Program-made: the position numbers and the translations under genes | Shown here: positions 18,999 to 28,365 of the stretch, one piece after another | Position numbering within the stretch: position 1 is the first letter of the stretch | Layout of the letters: the number at the start of each line of letters is the position of its first letter | DNA from: an uncultured virus (IMG/VR IMGVR_UViG_3300043427_002205) | Taxonomy: Duplodnaviria; Heunggongvirae; Uroviricota; Caudoviricetes | Reading direction: 5' to 3' (one strand) | Length of the DNA: 64,000 nt | IMG/VR virus record: IMGVR_UViG_3300043427_002205 | The notes under the pieces: model-generated | Seen by the model: only the letters and a program-made list of their open reading frames with translations | What the model was told of the DNA's origin: nothing | Databases searched by the model: none

Positions 18999-19329
18999 GC
19001 AATAACCACTTCAGTAAATCTGGATTGTCTAAAAGAAGAGTGTGTATACCATTAGCCATCTTGGTGACTAAAGACTCCTCTTTTTTGGTATTGTCAAATT
19101 CGATATCAAAAACGTATACTAAAGCGTGTAATATTTCATGTATTATTGTGTTTACTATTTCGGGCGAGCTTTGTTCTTTGCAATATTCAATCAGAGATTG
19201 CTCAACCTTACACATTCCTACGGCTTTATTTCTATCTTTCCAAGCAGAATCTTTTGAATCTATGTCAAAAGTTAAGTAACCAATTTTTACTTTTTTAGGA
19301 ACTTTTAATGCTTTCTTTTTCGTTGGCAT
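18979..19329 (-). CDS. Small HExxH zincin-like phage protein
   Basis: P.KVKIGY, NTIIHEILHA, EESLV. Confidence 0.7.
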   Translation of the reverse strand: MPTKKKALKVPKKVKIGYLTFDIDSKDSAWKDRNKAVGMCKVEQSLIEYCKEQSSPEIVNTIIHEILHALVYVFDIEFDNTKKEESLVTKMANGIHTLLLDNPDLLKWLLLACKKE

Positions 19330-19345
19330 TATGTGTCCTTAGTTT

Positions 19346-19903
19346 TTATTTTATCTTTTCTACTGTGAAATAATCATATGCAAATGCTACAGATGATGTT
19401 AAAAAGTCGCCATCAGTAGACTTTGAATCTAATACAACGCCACTAAGAGATACCGGATGTATATCTATAAAATTTACTATAAGATATGGATTATTGTGGC
19501 TAGTATTAACAGTTAAGCTGGCTTGGCCATATAAGTCACCAACATCTCTCATAGTCTGCCTATTTAAAGGCGTACCGTTTAAATCTTTTAGATTTCCAGT
19601 TCTTAAATCTCCGAATTGTTTTTGATTTTCTGGTAATCCCATAGATTGAAGCCAAGAAAAAATCTCATACCAATTATACATGCCTTCAGACACTTTAAAT
19701 GAAACTACCAAATCGGTAAATCGAATTTTATTTCCTGGTATTTTTAGTGTTGCAAATGTGGTTCCAGACTCTATAAACGGCAAAGATATGTCGGGCAAGT
19801 TTACGGTTTGAACATAAAAATCAAAATCTTTAAGTCTATCAACAGTAAAGTTAAACTTTACTGGAGACTGAAAGTTTCTATTTTCAACATTAGTAAAAGC
19901 CAT
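19346..19903 (-). CDS. gp3: Tail tube terminator / tail completion protein
   Basis: NFQSPVKFNF, FYVQTVNLP, PGNKIRF, NWYEIFSWL, HPVSLSG, FAYDYF. Confidence 0.85.
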   Translation of the reverse strand: MAFTNVENRNFQSPVKFNFTVDRLKDFDFYVQTVNLPDISLPFIESGTTFATLKIPGNKIRFTDLVVSFKVSEGMYNWYEIFSWLQSMGLPENQKQFGDLRTGNLKDLNGTPLNRQTMRDVGDLYGQASLTVNTSHNNPYLIVNFIDIHPVSLSGVVLDSKSTDGDFLTSSVAFAYDYFTVEKIK

Positions 19904-19930
19904 TATGCCTCCGAACTAGAATTACAGTAG

Positions 19931-19938
19931 TATTTAGC
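19931..19938 (-). promoter_or_regulatory. Late promoter variant (GCTAAATA) for gp3
   Basis: CTAAATA followed by GGAGG SD and ATG at 19903. Confidence 0.6.
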
Positions 19939-19961
19939 CAAAGGCATAATGGTAAATGCTA

Positions 19962-20189
19962 TTATTTCGCTTTAGAAATAAAGTCATTTAATATTGAAGC
20001 CTTTCTTAAAATATCCAACTCAGTTGGATAAGCTGGCATTTCAGGAAAAGACGGGGTATTAGAGTTATTCTTGGTTTCTCGCCAATATTCAAGAGAAATC
20101 TCTTTTTTTGTGTAATATTCATCCATTAGCAAATCTTTGGCCATTTGCAAAAGCTCAAGGCGAATTTTAAAGGGACTTGTATCTGACAT
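19962..20189 (-). CDS. Conserved small T4-like phage hypothetical protein
   Basis: SPFKIRLELLQMAKDLL...YPTELDILRKASILNDFIS. Confidence 0.75.
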   Translation of the reverse strand: MSDTSPFKIRLELLQMAKDLLMDEYYTKKEISLEYWRETKNNSNTPSFPEMPAYPTELDILRKASILNDFISKAK

Positions 20190-20251
20190 AATATAATTTT
20201 TCTTTGTGTGTTTGTGTGTATTAAAACGTTGCCGAATTGCAACAGCTATAT

Positions 20252-21559
20252 TTATGCCTTCCAGATGTAAAGTTTATTGCCGCAATCATATATTCTATAA
20301 TATTCGTTAAGTTTCATATTCTCTTCTTCGGTTAAATTTGGGTCATAAAATTTTAATTTTTTATCAAGAAGTTTCTTTTGCCAATTCAATCGGTTAGACC
20401 TATTTTTACCAATAATATAGTAGTAGTTGGGTGGCGTATTGTGCGAAAACGTAAAGCCCAGTTTGCCATAAACATTTCCATTAGATATTCTTCTATCGGC
20501 ATATGAATGTACTTCTTTGGGCGAATAAGTCGAGATAAAGTTTGAAAAGAGTTTAGAAGCGCCACCAACAACTCTAAGATTGTTCTTTGTGCAATACCTT
20601 ATTATTTCCCAAGCCGAGCTATTTTTAGAGAATCTATTTTTTCTAAAGGTCATTACGCTGACTAAAAACTCATCGTAAAACAGACCAAAGTGTGCAGTGG
20701 CTACGGCATTTCCTTGAAGGTGGTATTGATTAGTAAAACTTAAAGATTCTGAACTAGATATCTCCCTAACTTGACACTTTCTAGCATATATTTGCTCAGA
20801 GAGCCCCAAGTTTGCTGATATGATACTCTTGCACAAATCAAATTTTTCAAGTAGCTCATCTTCAAAAAAGTGTAGCAATTTAATACCTTTAACCTCACAA
20901 TCTTGAGTTTTCTGTAAGTGATATTTCTTATCTATTCCTCGGCTTGAATTTGTTGAGTGCCAAAATAGACCATTAACTTCTATGGCCACCTTTTTGCTAG
21001 GAATGTAAATGTCAAGCTCTTTTGGTGATATTACAGTTCTGGCTGCTGTTAGGTAATCAATATTAAGCAGTTTAAGATATTCACAAATCTTAATTTCTAA
21101 TGAAGATTTATTTGCAAATTTATAAGGTTCGTCTTTTAAAGCCTCATTTATATATTGTTGACCTATGTTAAGTTTCTTTTGAAGTTCATATCTGGTCAGT
21201 GATCCATATAACTCTTTTGCTTGAGCAACTCGCTCTTCTCTATTTCTATTATTCTTTTGTATAATATTATTTTTAACTTCTATGCCATATTTTTTAAACA
21301 TATGCTTAATTGAGCGATATGTTCTACTGTATTTTTTAGAGATTTCTTTTAGTGTTAAGTTATTAGTATGATTCTCATCTATCAATATATCTTTAGATAT
21401 TGGCGGGTTTTTTCTTCTGTTGGTTATCGGAATATCGTAGTGCTTAAAGAGATTTCTTACATATTCTCTACACACTGAAAATTTCTCAGCAATTTCTCTC
21501 TGACTCATGTTCTTAGAAACACATTCAAGTAGTTCTGCCTTTTGAATTTTTATAATCAT
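20252..21559 (-). CDS. Free-standing Hef-like homing endonuclease: HTH repeats, PD-(D/E)XK/Vsr-like domain and C-terminal GNAT-like domain
   Basis: SSLEIKI, ELDIYIPSKKVAIEVNGLFWHS, YHLQKT..C...GIKLLHFFEDE, then IYARKC...YHLQG...VGGASKL...SYADRR...GF...RIYDCG. Start set at ATG 21559 (track: 21601). Confidence 0.8.
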   Translation of the reverse strand: MIIKIQKAELLECVSKNMSQREIAEKFSVCREYVRNLFKHYDIPITNRRKNPPISKDILIDENHTNNLTLKEISKKYSRTYRSIKHMFKKYGIEVKNNIIQKNNRNREERVAQAKELYGSLTRYELQKKLNIGQQYINEALKDEPYKFANKSSLEIKICEYLKLLNIDYLTAARTVISPKELDIYIPSKKVAIEVNGLFWHSTNSSRGIDKKYHLQKTQDCEVKGIKLLHFFEDELLEKFDLCKSIISANLGLSEQIYARKCQVREISSSESLSFTNQYHLQGNAVATAHFGLFYDEFLVSVMTFRKNRFSKNSSAWEIIRYCTKNNLRVVGGASKLFSNFISTYSPKEVHSYADRRISNGNVYGKLGFTFSHNTPPNYYYIIGKNRSNRLNWQKKLLDKKLKFYDPNLTEEENMKLNEYYRIYDCGNKLYIWKA

Positions 21560-21604
21560 AATTAAGTATTCCAATAAGTACCAAATCACATTTAGTATCA
21601 TGAT

Positions 21605-21636
21605 ACAAAGAAAGGGGCAATTGCCCCTTTCTTTGT
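21605..21636 (-). terminator. Intrinsic terminator downstream of gp23
   Basis: Perfect 32-bp palindrome acaaagaaaggggcaattgcccctttctttgt (GGGGC stem plus T-rich tail; could act on either strand). Confidence 0.85.
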
Positions 21637-21658
21637 TGGTTACAAATCAACTCTAAAA

Positions 21659-23002
21659 TTAGAGGAGGTTTGTTACTTTCACTTTGCGATAATATACGTT
21701 GTTACCAGCATTAATTGAAGTAGCAACGTTAAATGGTGTAGTTGCCGAAACCGCACCGAATGGATTAGAAACAAGCCCGTAACGAGTCTTGAAACCAATC
21801 TTAGGCTGAAACGAACCAGGGTCAATTGCCCTAACCATTTGGAGGGGTACATAAGGACAATAGAACAGACCAGCATCATACTGATTTGCGCCCTTAAACC
21901 CAACTACAAAGAAGTTTGGCTGATTAGCCGAACCAACAGGAGCATAAGGATCAATATAAACCTTAAAGCGACCATTGAGAACGCCAACAAAGGTGTTTCC
22001 AGTATCGTCAACTGTTAGAGAATCCTTAAGAGCCGAACCGCAATCAAGAAGACCAGCTACGCTAAGAGCACTAGCAGTATCGCTATCGCAGATAATCATG
22101 TTACCACGACCACGACGAGTTTCCTTAGCAATTGCATTAGCCTCACGCTCAATCTGAACCATGAGACCCTTGTACTTCTCAACCGACCAACGACCATTAG
22201 AATCAACATCTAGGTCAAATGTGCCAGCAGTAGCAACGCCATAAGTAGCACCAGGCTTTGCGCTTCTATATACAGTGCGAACTACCTCACGGTTGATTTC
22301 AGCAAGAATCTCAGCCGAGAGAATATTAGCAAGCTCACTTTCAGCATCAAGACCGTGAACAGCCTTAAGATCCTGAGCAAGCTCTAGTGAGTACTCAGCC
22401 TTAAGCGCACGAGTCTTGGCCTCTACGCTAACCTTCTCAATCGAGAAAGCCATCTGAGCAATGTCTGGGCTTCCGCCGCCTGTACCAAGAGCTTCACCAT
22501 CACGAGTGAGGAAGCCAGTACCGCCAGTAAGATTACCAGCAGCAGTTCCGCCAGAGAATGGGTCAGTTGTGCCAGGTACCCATGAAGCATGAGGGCCGCC
22601 AGTTCCAGAGAAATCTGTGTCAGCCTCGTTAAATAGAGCCTCTGCGCCATCCTGTGCTGTGTAGCGAGAACGCATAGCAAAGATAAGGCCAGTTGGTGCC
22701 TTCATTGGCTGTACGCCGCAGATATCAAATGCGATAAGATTAGGAAGCGCACGACGAAGCAGACCAATCAGAACTGGGTCATAGCCCTGCATCTGAGTAT
22801 TTGCCGAGCCGCTATAGCTAGGATTAGTTAGTCCAGAGTTAGCTGGAGCTGCTTCTGAAAGCATTTCCTTACGAGACTCGTTGATCTGGTTCTCAAGAAG
22901 AACGGTCATAACCGCCCTCTTGTGAGCATCACGAACCTCTGGCAACTCAGGATGATCGATTACTTTCGACCACTTCTTTTCAAGTTCTTCGGTGAGATAC
23001 AT
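21659..23002 (-). CDS. gp23: Major capsid protein
   Basis: LLENQ, DPVLIGLLRR, GVQPM..PTGLIFAMR, RALKAEYSLELAQDLKAVHGLDAE, FYCPYVPL, GFKTRYG. Confidence 0.99.
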   Translation of the reverse strand: MYLTEELEKKWSKVIDHPELPEVRDAHKRAVMTVLLENQINESRKEMLSEAAPANSGLTNPSYSGSANTQMQGYDPVLIGLLRRALPNLIAFDICGVQPMKAPTGLIFAMRSRYTAQDGAEALFNEADTDFSGTGGPHASWVPGTTDPFSGGTAAGNLTGGTGFLTRDGEALGTGGGSPDIAQMAFSIEKVSVEAKTRALKAEYSLELAQDLKAVHGLDAESELANILSAEILAEINREVVRTVYRSAKPGATYGVATAGTFDLDVDSNGRWSVEKYKGLMVQIEREANAIAKETRRGRGNMIICDSDTASALSVAGLLDCGSALKDSLTVDDTGNTFVGVLNGRFKVYIDPYAPVGSANQPNFFVVGFKGANQYDAGLFYCPYVPLQMVRAIDPGSFQPKIGFKTRYGLVSNPFGAVSATTPFNVATSINAGNNVYYRKVKVTNLL

Positions 23003-23045
23003 TTTTATTCTCCTTTAATTAATAAAATATGAAACTTTATTATAT

Positions 23046-23053
23046 TATTTATA
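23046..23053 (-). promoter_or_regulatory. Late promoter TATAAATA for gp23
   Basis: Exact motif upstream of AGGAG SD and ATG. Confidence 0.8.
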
Positions 23054-23064
23054 AAAATTATTAT

Positions 23065-24240
23065 TTACTTTCTTCCGCTTTTTGCACTTACCATTTTGGA
23101 AATTGCGGCGGCGAAAGCGTCGACTTCAGTTTTTGTTTCGGCACTCTCTTGTGGAAAGATACCACCCTCAACTAAAAGATTATCACTAATATCTTTTGAC
23201 TCTATTTTATTATTTGGAAAATAACTTTCCTTTATAACTTGTAGCTTTTTCTCAAAAGATTTTTCGTCAGCAAAAGAGACTCCCTCGCACAACTCTGAGA
23301 ACTTAATGGCTTCGTTTTTACTCATACCATCAGACATAGAATTGACTATGATGCTCTTTTTTAAGCCGTTGTGCTGATTTTTTAACTCAACATTACGCTT
23401 AATCTCTTCATTAAGTTCATTCTCTAGAGCCTTAATCTTATTTTCTTGCTCTGAGAGAACATCTACCTTACTCTCAGGAATATCAATAAAACTAGATTCA
23501 AAAAGACCCTTTAATCCCATAATGAAATTTTCAGTTAGCTCAGAGCGAACCTCAGAAACGATTGCGACCTCGTTATCCTTCATCCACTCTTCAACAACAT
23601 AATTTAAATAGTTGTCTAACTTGTTAACTAAAGTCTCGCAAATCTCTTGCTCAGACTCTTTTAGCTTCTCTTCGTAAATTGTTGCCAGCTTTTCCTTTTC
23701 TGCCAGGATCTTCTTCTTGCTAGTTCTCTTTACCGAAGCCTCGAATATTGCAGAAACTTTCTCTTTGAATGACTCAGAAAGCTCTTCACCATCAGTAAGA
23801 GCCTTTGTTGCCTCTTCAACGTCTTTCTTCTCATCATCAGACATCTCAGCAGACTCTTCCATCTCTTCTGGCTCTTTTTCAGCCTCTTCTTTCTTTATTG
23901 AGCCCATGTTTAAATCTGTCCAGCCCTCTTCTACAGAATCAGACTTCTCATCCTCATCCTCATCTTCGTCATCAGACTCTTCTTTCTCTTCGCTCATTTC
24001 CTCTTTATCGTCGGTCTCGTCTGAATTTTCCTTTAGGTGATCTGGAATTTGAGCCGCTGCATCCGATGCATGAACTGGAAGATCTGAAGCTGAAGACTCT
24101 TCTACAGTCTCTTTCTCATCTTCCATCTTATTCTCCTTAACTTCTTTCTTATCAGAAGATTCAGCAGCATGTTGCTCTTCATCTTTCTTATGCATATTCA
24201 TTTCAAGAATATCGTCCAAAAATTTTTTCGTTATGCTCAT
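23065..24240 (-). CDS. gp22: Prohead core scaffold protein
   Basis: Acidic N-terminus, LSESFKEKVSAIFEA, DNYLNYVVEEW, IKESYF; between gp21 and gp23. Confidence 0.92.
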   Translation of the reverse strand: MSITKKFLDDILEMNMHKKDEEQHAAESSDKKEVKENKMEDEKETVEESSASDLPVHASDAAAQIPDHLKENSDETDDKEEMSEEKEESDDEDEDEDEKSDSVEEGWTDLNMGSIKKEEAEKEPEEMEESAEMSDDEKKDVEEATKALTDGEELSESFKEKVSAIFEASVKRTSKKKILAEKEKLATIYEEKLKESEQEICETLVNKLDNYLNYVVEEWMKDNEVAIVSEVRSELTENFIMGLKGLFESSFIDIPESKVDVLSEQENKIKALENELNEEIKRNVELKNQHNGLKKSIIVNSMSDGMSKNEAIKFSELCEGVSFADEKSFEKKLQVIKESYFPNNKIESKDISDNLLVEGGIFPQESAETKTEVDAFAAAISKMVSAKSGRK

Positions 24241-24279
24241 TTTATGCTCCGAATTTTATTATATGCTTTATAGCTTATT

Positions 24280-24287
24280 TATTTATA
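24280..24287 (-). promoter_or_regulatory. Late promoter TATAAATA for gp22
   Basis: Exact motif in the intergenic region. Confidence 0.75.
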
Positions 24288-24292
24288 CATTT

Positions 24293-24646
24293 TTAATTTT
24301 CTCTAACTCTTACTAATATTTCTCTTTCCAACTTAGATGCGTTGTCAAAAGTCACTAATATCGTTACTTTATAATCATAATTATGCTCTCCTCCGGTTAG
24401 TTGAATTCTAACTGCGGTTTTGCTAGGAGACAGTATAGTAGGAGTTGTAGAAACTAAAAATGAGTTTGCCGCTTCTTTAACATCTGGCACTTTTCTTTTC
24501 CATCTAACTGCGCTAGCTGAAGCAAGGGTTATTTCAGTTGCTCCCCTTGGTAAAACATGAAGTTTTCCAAATGAAATGTCCATCGTTAGCACTTCATTAG
24601 GTTGCTTAACTTCAGCTAAAATTAGATTTTCAGTGTTGATATACAT
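24293..24646 (-). CDS. Putative small virion adaptor/decoration protein
   Basis: KQPNEVLTMDISF...IQLTGG...YKVTILVT...EREILVRVRE; beta-rich. Confidence 0.55.
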   Translation of the reverse strand: MYINTENLILAEVKQPNEVLTMDISFGKLHVLPRGATEITLASASAVRWKRKVPDVKEAANSFLVSTTPTILSPSKTAVRIQLTGGEHNYDYKVTILVTFDNASKLEREILVRVREN

Positions 24647-24649
24647 TAA

Positions 24650-25096
24650 TTATAGCTTAAATATTAATTTCTTATTATTATTTTGGTCCGGAGCCCACTC
24701 TATAGTTGCAGTAGATTGTGTTACAGGAAGTCCGGTTGTTATGCCAGTGGCAGTATCAATAAATGCAACTAGATAGCTAGTGGCTTCTGTGTCACCAGCA
24801 TTTTGTTTTATTATCGCAATATAACGTATTGTTAATCCAGATGTGGTTGATAAGCCACTAAATGATGCCGGATTAGCCGAAGCCACGCCATTGGTTACGT
24901 CTTTTCCAGCAAGAGCGGCAGAAATGCCAATTCGAGCTGCACTAGGAATATCGCTTAAAGCAACATGATTTACCGAAGGTGTGTATGCATTACTAATTAA
25001 TACTGCCTTAAATGTATCACCCAAACCACCAGTTCCCCAATTTAGCTGCCCGCTAAGAAACTTTTCTTTTGCTTTATTATATACAAAATTTGACAT
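24650..25096 (-). CDS. Putative virion structural protein
   Basis: MSNFVYNKAKEKFLSGQLNW...DTFKAVLI..AYTP...LVAFIDTATG..LPV...IFKL, a recurring phage structural protein pattern. Confidence 0.6.
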   Translation of the reverse strand: MSNFVYNKAKEKFLSGQLNWGTGGLGDTFKAVLISNAYTPSVNHVALSDIPSAARIGISAALAGKDVTNGVASANPASFSGLSTTSGLTIRYIAIIKQNAGDTEATSYLVAFIDTATGITTGLPVTQSTATIEWAPDQNNNKKLIFKL

Positions 25097-25107
25097 TTTA
25101 TAAGTTC

Positions 25108-25767
25108 CTACTTAGACTCAAGAAATTTTATGAATTTAGTAAATGCGGCCACACTAGCCTCTTCTAAATTGCGCTTGGCGCTTTTCTGAATGTCACGTTT
25201 AATATTGGCTAGGTGTTTTTCTTTTAATAGTCCATTATCCCACACCCACTCTTTACCTTCCATAATGCCATTAACAAATGCATCTGGAGCCGAAGGATCA
25301 GCAACAATATCTGCGGCAGTGGCTAAATAAAAATCGTCTTGAACAATCTGAATATCTCTACCTTCAGTTCTAAGAGAGCCCATGCCCCTAGATGAAACGC
25401 CAAGTCTAGCGCCCTCGTCTATTAAAGACTTAACGATATTTCCCATTGGCGTTGACATTATCTTGGCTTTTCCGTAAAAGTTATTTCCGTCAACTTTCAT
25501 TTCGGTGATCATGTGCGATACACGGTCTAGGTTTATAGTTGGGCCATCTGGATGGCCAAGTTCTCCGAATGCTCTATTTTTATTAACATATTCACGAGTA
25601 TACCTAAGTATTTCTTTTTCAAGAAGTTCTCTAGGATACATTCTACCATTTCTGTTTTTAAGTTCGGCCTGAAGAAATATTCCCTCTATAAAATAATTTT
25701 TTGGAGATTTTTCAGCTCCCTCTTTTATTATTTTAATTTCTTCGGTAACTTCGCAAATTAATTTCAT
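25108..25767 (-). CDS. gp21: Prohead protease
   Basis: IEGIFLQAE..NRNGRMYP, GELGHP, GVSSRGMGS, DIVADPSAPDAFV. Confidence 0.98.
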   Translation of the reverse strand: MKLICEVTEEIKIIKEGAEKSPKNYFIEGIFLQAELKNRNGRMYPRELLEKEILRYTREYVNKNRAFGELGHPDGPTINLDRVSHMITEMKVDGNNFYGKAKIMSTPMGNIVKSLIDEGARLGVSSRGMGSLRTEGRDIQIVQDDFYLATAADIVADPSAPDAFVNGIMEGKEWVWDNGLLKEKHLANIKRDIQKSAKRNLEEASVAAFTKFIKFLESK

Positions 25768-25934
25768 ACCTTGAGCTTCCTAAATAGTTTTTTTGATAGT
25801 TCTTTCTTTTTATTTTTAATTGCCTTTCTAATTTTTATCAGCAAAGCATGAGTAACGTGCTTTTTTAATCCAGCAGCATCATCAGTTCTCAATGAAGAAA
25901 TTGCATCATTTAGTATTTTTTTAGTATCACTCAT
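25764..25934 (-). CDS. Small prohead core protein (gp67-like by position), 56 aa
   Basis: Not in ORF track. Own translation MSDTKKILNDAISSLRTDDAAGLKKHVTHALLIKIRKAIKNKKKELSKKLFRKLKV; GGTGA SD; its stop overlaps the gp21 ATG (ATGA). Confidence 0.65.
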   Translation of the reverse strand: MSDTKKILNDAISSLRTDDAAGLKKHVTHALLIKIRKAIKNKKKELSKKLFRKLKV

Positions 25935-25952
25935 AATATCACCGTGTTATAT

Positions 25953-27509
25953 TTATATTTTACTTTTAATGCCTTCTGGCGGAGGCTCTCCTTCTACACC
26001 AGGCAAGCCTAAATCGGCAGTCATCTTTCTTTCAACACCTATTTCATTCTCAATTCTCAATCGCTCATCGTTTGTTTGATGAAGAACGTTTCTCTTAACC
26101 CATTCTTTAGAAAAATACGTTGATGTATATGGTTCAATTTGCTGCAATAATTCTAATCTGGCCTTTAATACTTCACCCTCTTTTAATTCTGCGTAGTGAT
26201 TATCAGTATTGAAATCGTATTTAATTTCTTCTTTTATTGACGGCCACTCGTCTAGTTTTATTATGTTTTTGCTAACAAGTTGCTTCTTTAACAAATCATC
26301 AAACAAATGAGAAAACCTAAGTCTAATTCTATGAATAAACTTAGCAAATTTAACCTCATCTCTTTGTATTTCTGCGGCTCTGCCTATCTGAAACCCCTCG
26401 CCACGCTCTAGTCTAGAAAGGGGCACATTTAAAGCTCTATAAACTTTGCGCTGAAAGTATTCTACGTCAGCAAGCTCACCAAGGTTTTCGCCTCCGGGTA
26501 AAGTATCAATAGAAGTTCCTTGAGAACCTTCTCTTCGAGGTAGCCAATAATCTTCTAACATTGACATGAAGCGGCGGTCTTCACGCATCTCTCCGGTCTC
26601 TACATTATACTGCAACTTATTGCGGTATCTTTGCATTACAGTTCTGAGATATTCATCTGCTTTAGATTTTGGCAAATTGCCGACATCGACATAAAATATT
26701 CTTCGCTCTGGTGCTCTAGCAATACGATATATAACTAAAGCGTCTTCCATCATTTTTAACTGATTGATGGGCTTTATGGCTTTATGAATGTTTGATAAAA
26801 TTGCAGACGAATATTTGTCAACTATACCAGAATGAACATAGCAAATTGAGTCTGGACGTATCTTTACTCCAGCCATAGTTGCTATGGTTGTATATGAGTT
26901 CGGAGCATTGAAATTTATGCCCCTACTGGCATATGAGTAATACTCATCTTTGACTTTTAGCAATTCAATTCCGCTTACAGGATCAATTGTTTTCTCAACC
27001 TCACGAATTTTCCTAATTTGTCTTGGGTCTACATATCTTAATTGAAGTATACCTTTATTGCCATCATCTAAAATGACGTGATAATAAATTCTGCCGTCTA
27101 TATACCAACGACGAGCAATTTCATATGCCTGGTTGTTCCAGTCTAATAGAGTTAAAACGTTATCAAACTCTTCTTCTATTATTCTTTTTAATGGCTTGTT
27201 TAATTTTACGCTGTCTAAGTTTATTTTTACCGCATCTGTGGTGCCGTCCATTATCAGCATTTCATTGATGATGTCGTCTATGGCATAATCAACGTCTGGC
27301 AACAGTGCTAATTCTCTATATCTTGTGATAAGCTCAAATTCATTTTTTATAGTTCCATCAAAATCTATGTATGCGCCATATGCACCAGCTACGCCAGCAA
27401 CATTTACTGCACCATCATAATTTTCCGGAAGAACAAATGACTTTGCATCTTCTTTTTTAATTTCTTCTTTAGTTTTTTTAAAATTCCAACCAAATAGATT
27501 AAATGCCAT
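25953..27509 (-). CDS. gp20: Portal protein
   Basis: RWYIDGRIYYH, NQLKMMEDALVIYRIARAPERRIFYVDVGNLPK, EDYWLPRREG, TLPGGENLGE. Confidence 0.99.
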   Translation of the reverse strand: MAFNLFGWNFKKTKEEIKKEDAKSFVLPENYDGAVNVAGVAGAYGAYIDFDGTIKNEFELITRYRELALLPDVDYAIDDIINEMLIMDGTTDAVKINLDSVKLNKPLKRIIEEEFDNVLTLLDWNNQAYEIARRWYIDGRIYYHVILDDGNKGILQLRYVDPRQIRKIREVEKTIDPVSGIELLKVKDEYYSYASRGINFNAPNSYTTIATMAGVKIRPDSICYVHSGIVDKYSSAILSNIHKAIKPINQLKMMEDALVIYRIARAPERRIFYVDVGNLPKSKADEYLRTVMQRYRNKLQYNVETGEMREDRRFMSMLEDYWLPRREGSQGTSIDTLPGGENLGELADVEYFQRKVYRALNVPLSRLERGEGFQIGRAAEIQRDEVKFAKFIHRIRLRFSHLFDDLLKKQLVSKNIIKLDEWPSIKEEIKYDFNTDNHYAELKEGEVLKARLELLQQIEPYTSTYFSKEWVKRNVLHQTNDERLRIENEIGVERKMTADLGLPGVEGEPPPEGIKSKI

Positions 27510-27540
27510 AATTATTAGTTCCTAATATGCTCAGTATTAC

Positions 27541-27548
27541 TATTTAGT
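27541..27548 (-). promoter_or_regulatory. Late promoter variant (ACTAAATA) for gp20
   Basis: Motif in the short intergenic region before the gp20 SD. Confidence 0.55.
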
Positions 27549-27554
27549 TCTATA

Positions 27555-28277
27555 TTATGAGTTTGGTCCTATAACCCAATAGTCATATTTAAATGTTACT
27601 GAAAATTCTTCTATTTTTTCATCTTCCCAACTAAGTTCTATCGAACCTACGGATATAGGAAACATGTTTACAAATTTATAAGTTCTTATTGGAATTGGCT
27701 CAACTTCAGTCAATTTAGAAGTTGCAGAGTTTCTAGAAAATCTTCTATCTATAAATCTATCTGGATTTGCAGGATCATAAACATCACTTTCAAGAACGGT
27801 GCTTTCGTATTTAACTGGCTGCTTTATTGAATTTCTTTCTACGTATGGTGGTCCAAGAGAAGTTTGTGAAAATTGCTTAATAACTCCATCAACTTGATAT
27901 GAACTTGGAGAAGAATTTACTCCACTATTTTTAATATTGCTGCTATGTCCATTCATAGCACCAACCCAAAACTCAAAAGTTTTTCTTATATAAAAATCTT
28001 CATCATTGATTACCGTTATCGTAAACGGGTCAAAAACTTTAGTTCCTGCCGTATATACCTCTCTTCCTTGATATGGAACCGTGACTGCATCTATTGATGT
28101 TGATGGCAAAAATGCACTTTTACACAGAAATTTTAACTTTCTAGAAAATTGATTTAATTCAACATTTTCATCTGATATGTTTAATCCTGGGGGATAACCC
28201 ATTTGAACTTCAAATAAGTTAGTTCTGGCTCCACCATACAGCAAATTAGATTTGAAGTTCTTGATGTTAAATGACAT
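27555..28277 (-). CDS. Tail tube protein paralog (gp19-like) with an insertion
   Basis: GGARTNLFEV, FLCKSAFLP, TITVINDEDFYIRK.FE.W, FPISVGSIELSW, F.YDYW. Confidence 0.85.
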   Translation of the reverse strand: MSFNIKNFKSNLLYGGARTNLFEVQMGYPPGLNISDENVELNQFSRKLKFLCKSAFLPSTSIDAVTVPYQGREVYTAGTKVFDPFTITVINDEDFYIRKTFEFWVGAMNGHSSNIKNSGVNSSPSSYQVDGVIKQFSQTSLGPPYVERNSIKQPVKYESTVLESDVYDPANPDRFIDRRFSRNSATSKLTEVEPIPIRTYKFVNMFPISVGSIELSWEDEKIEEFSVTFKYDYWVIGPNS

Positions 28278-28299
28278 ACTCTCTCAAAATATAGTAAAA

Positions 28300-28317
28300 C
28301 GCCTTCGTGAGAAGGCG
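28300..28317 (-). terminator. Intrinsic terminator between the two tube genes
   Basis: cgccttc-N4-gaaggcg stem followed by TTTTACT on the minus strand. Confidence 0.65.
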
Positions 28318-28365
28318 AATTACCCGTAACAAAACTCAACAACGCATTATATAAATGTGTTGTTA

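Noticed and set aside
21679..22680. Alternative-frame ORFs within gp23
   Set aside because: By-products of strong codon bias in a highly expressed gene
23717..24140. Ser-rich plus-strand ORFs
   Set aside because: Antisense reading of the acidic low-complexity part of gp22
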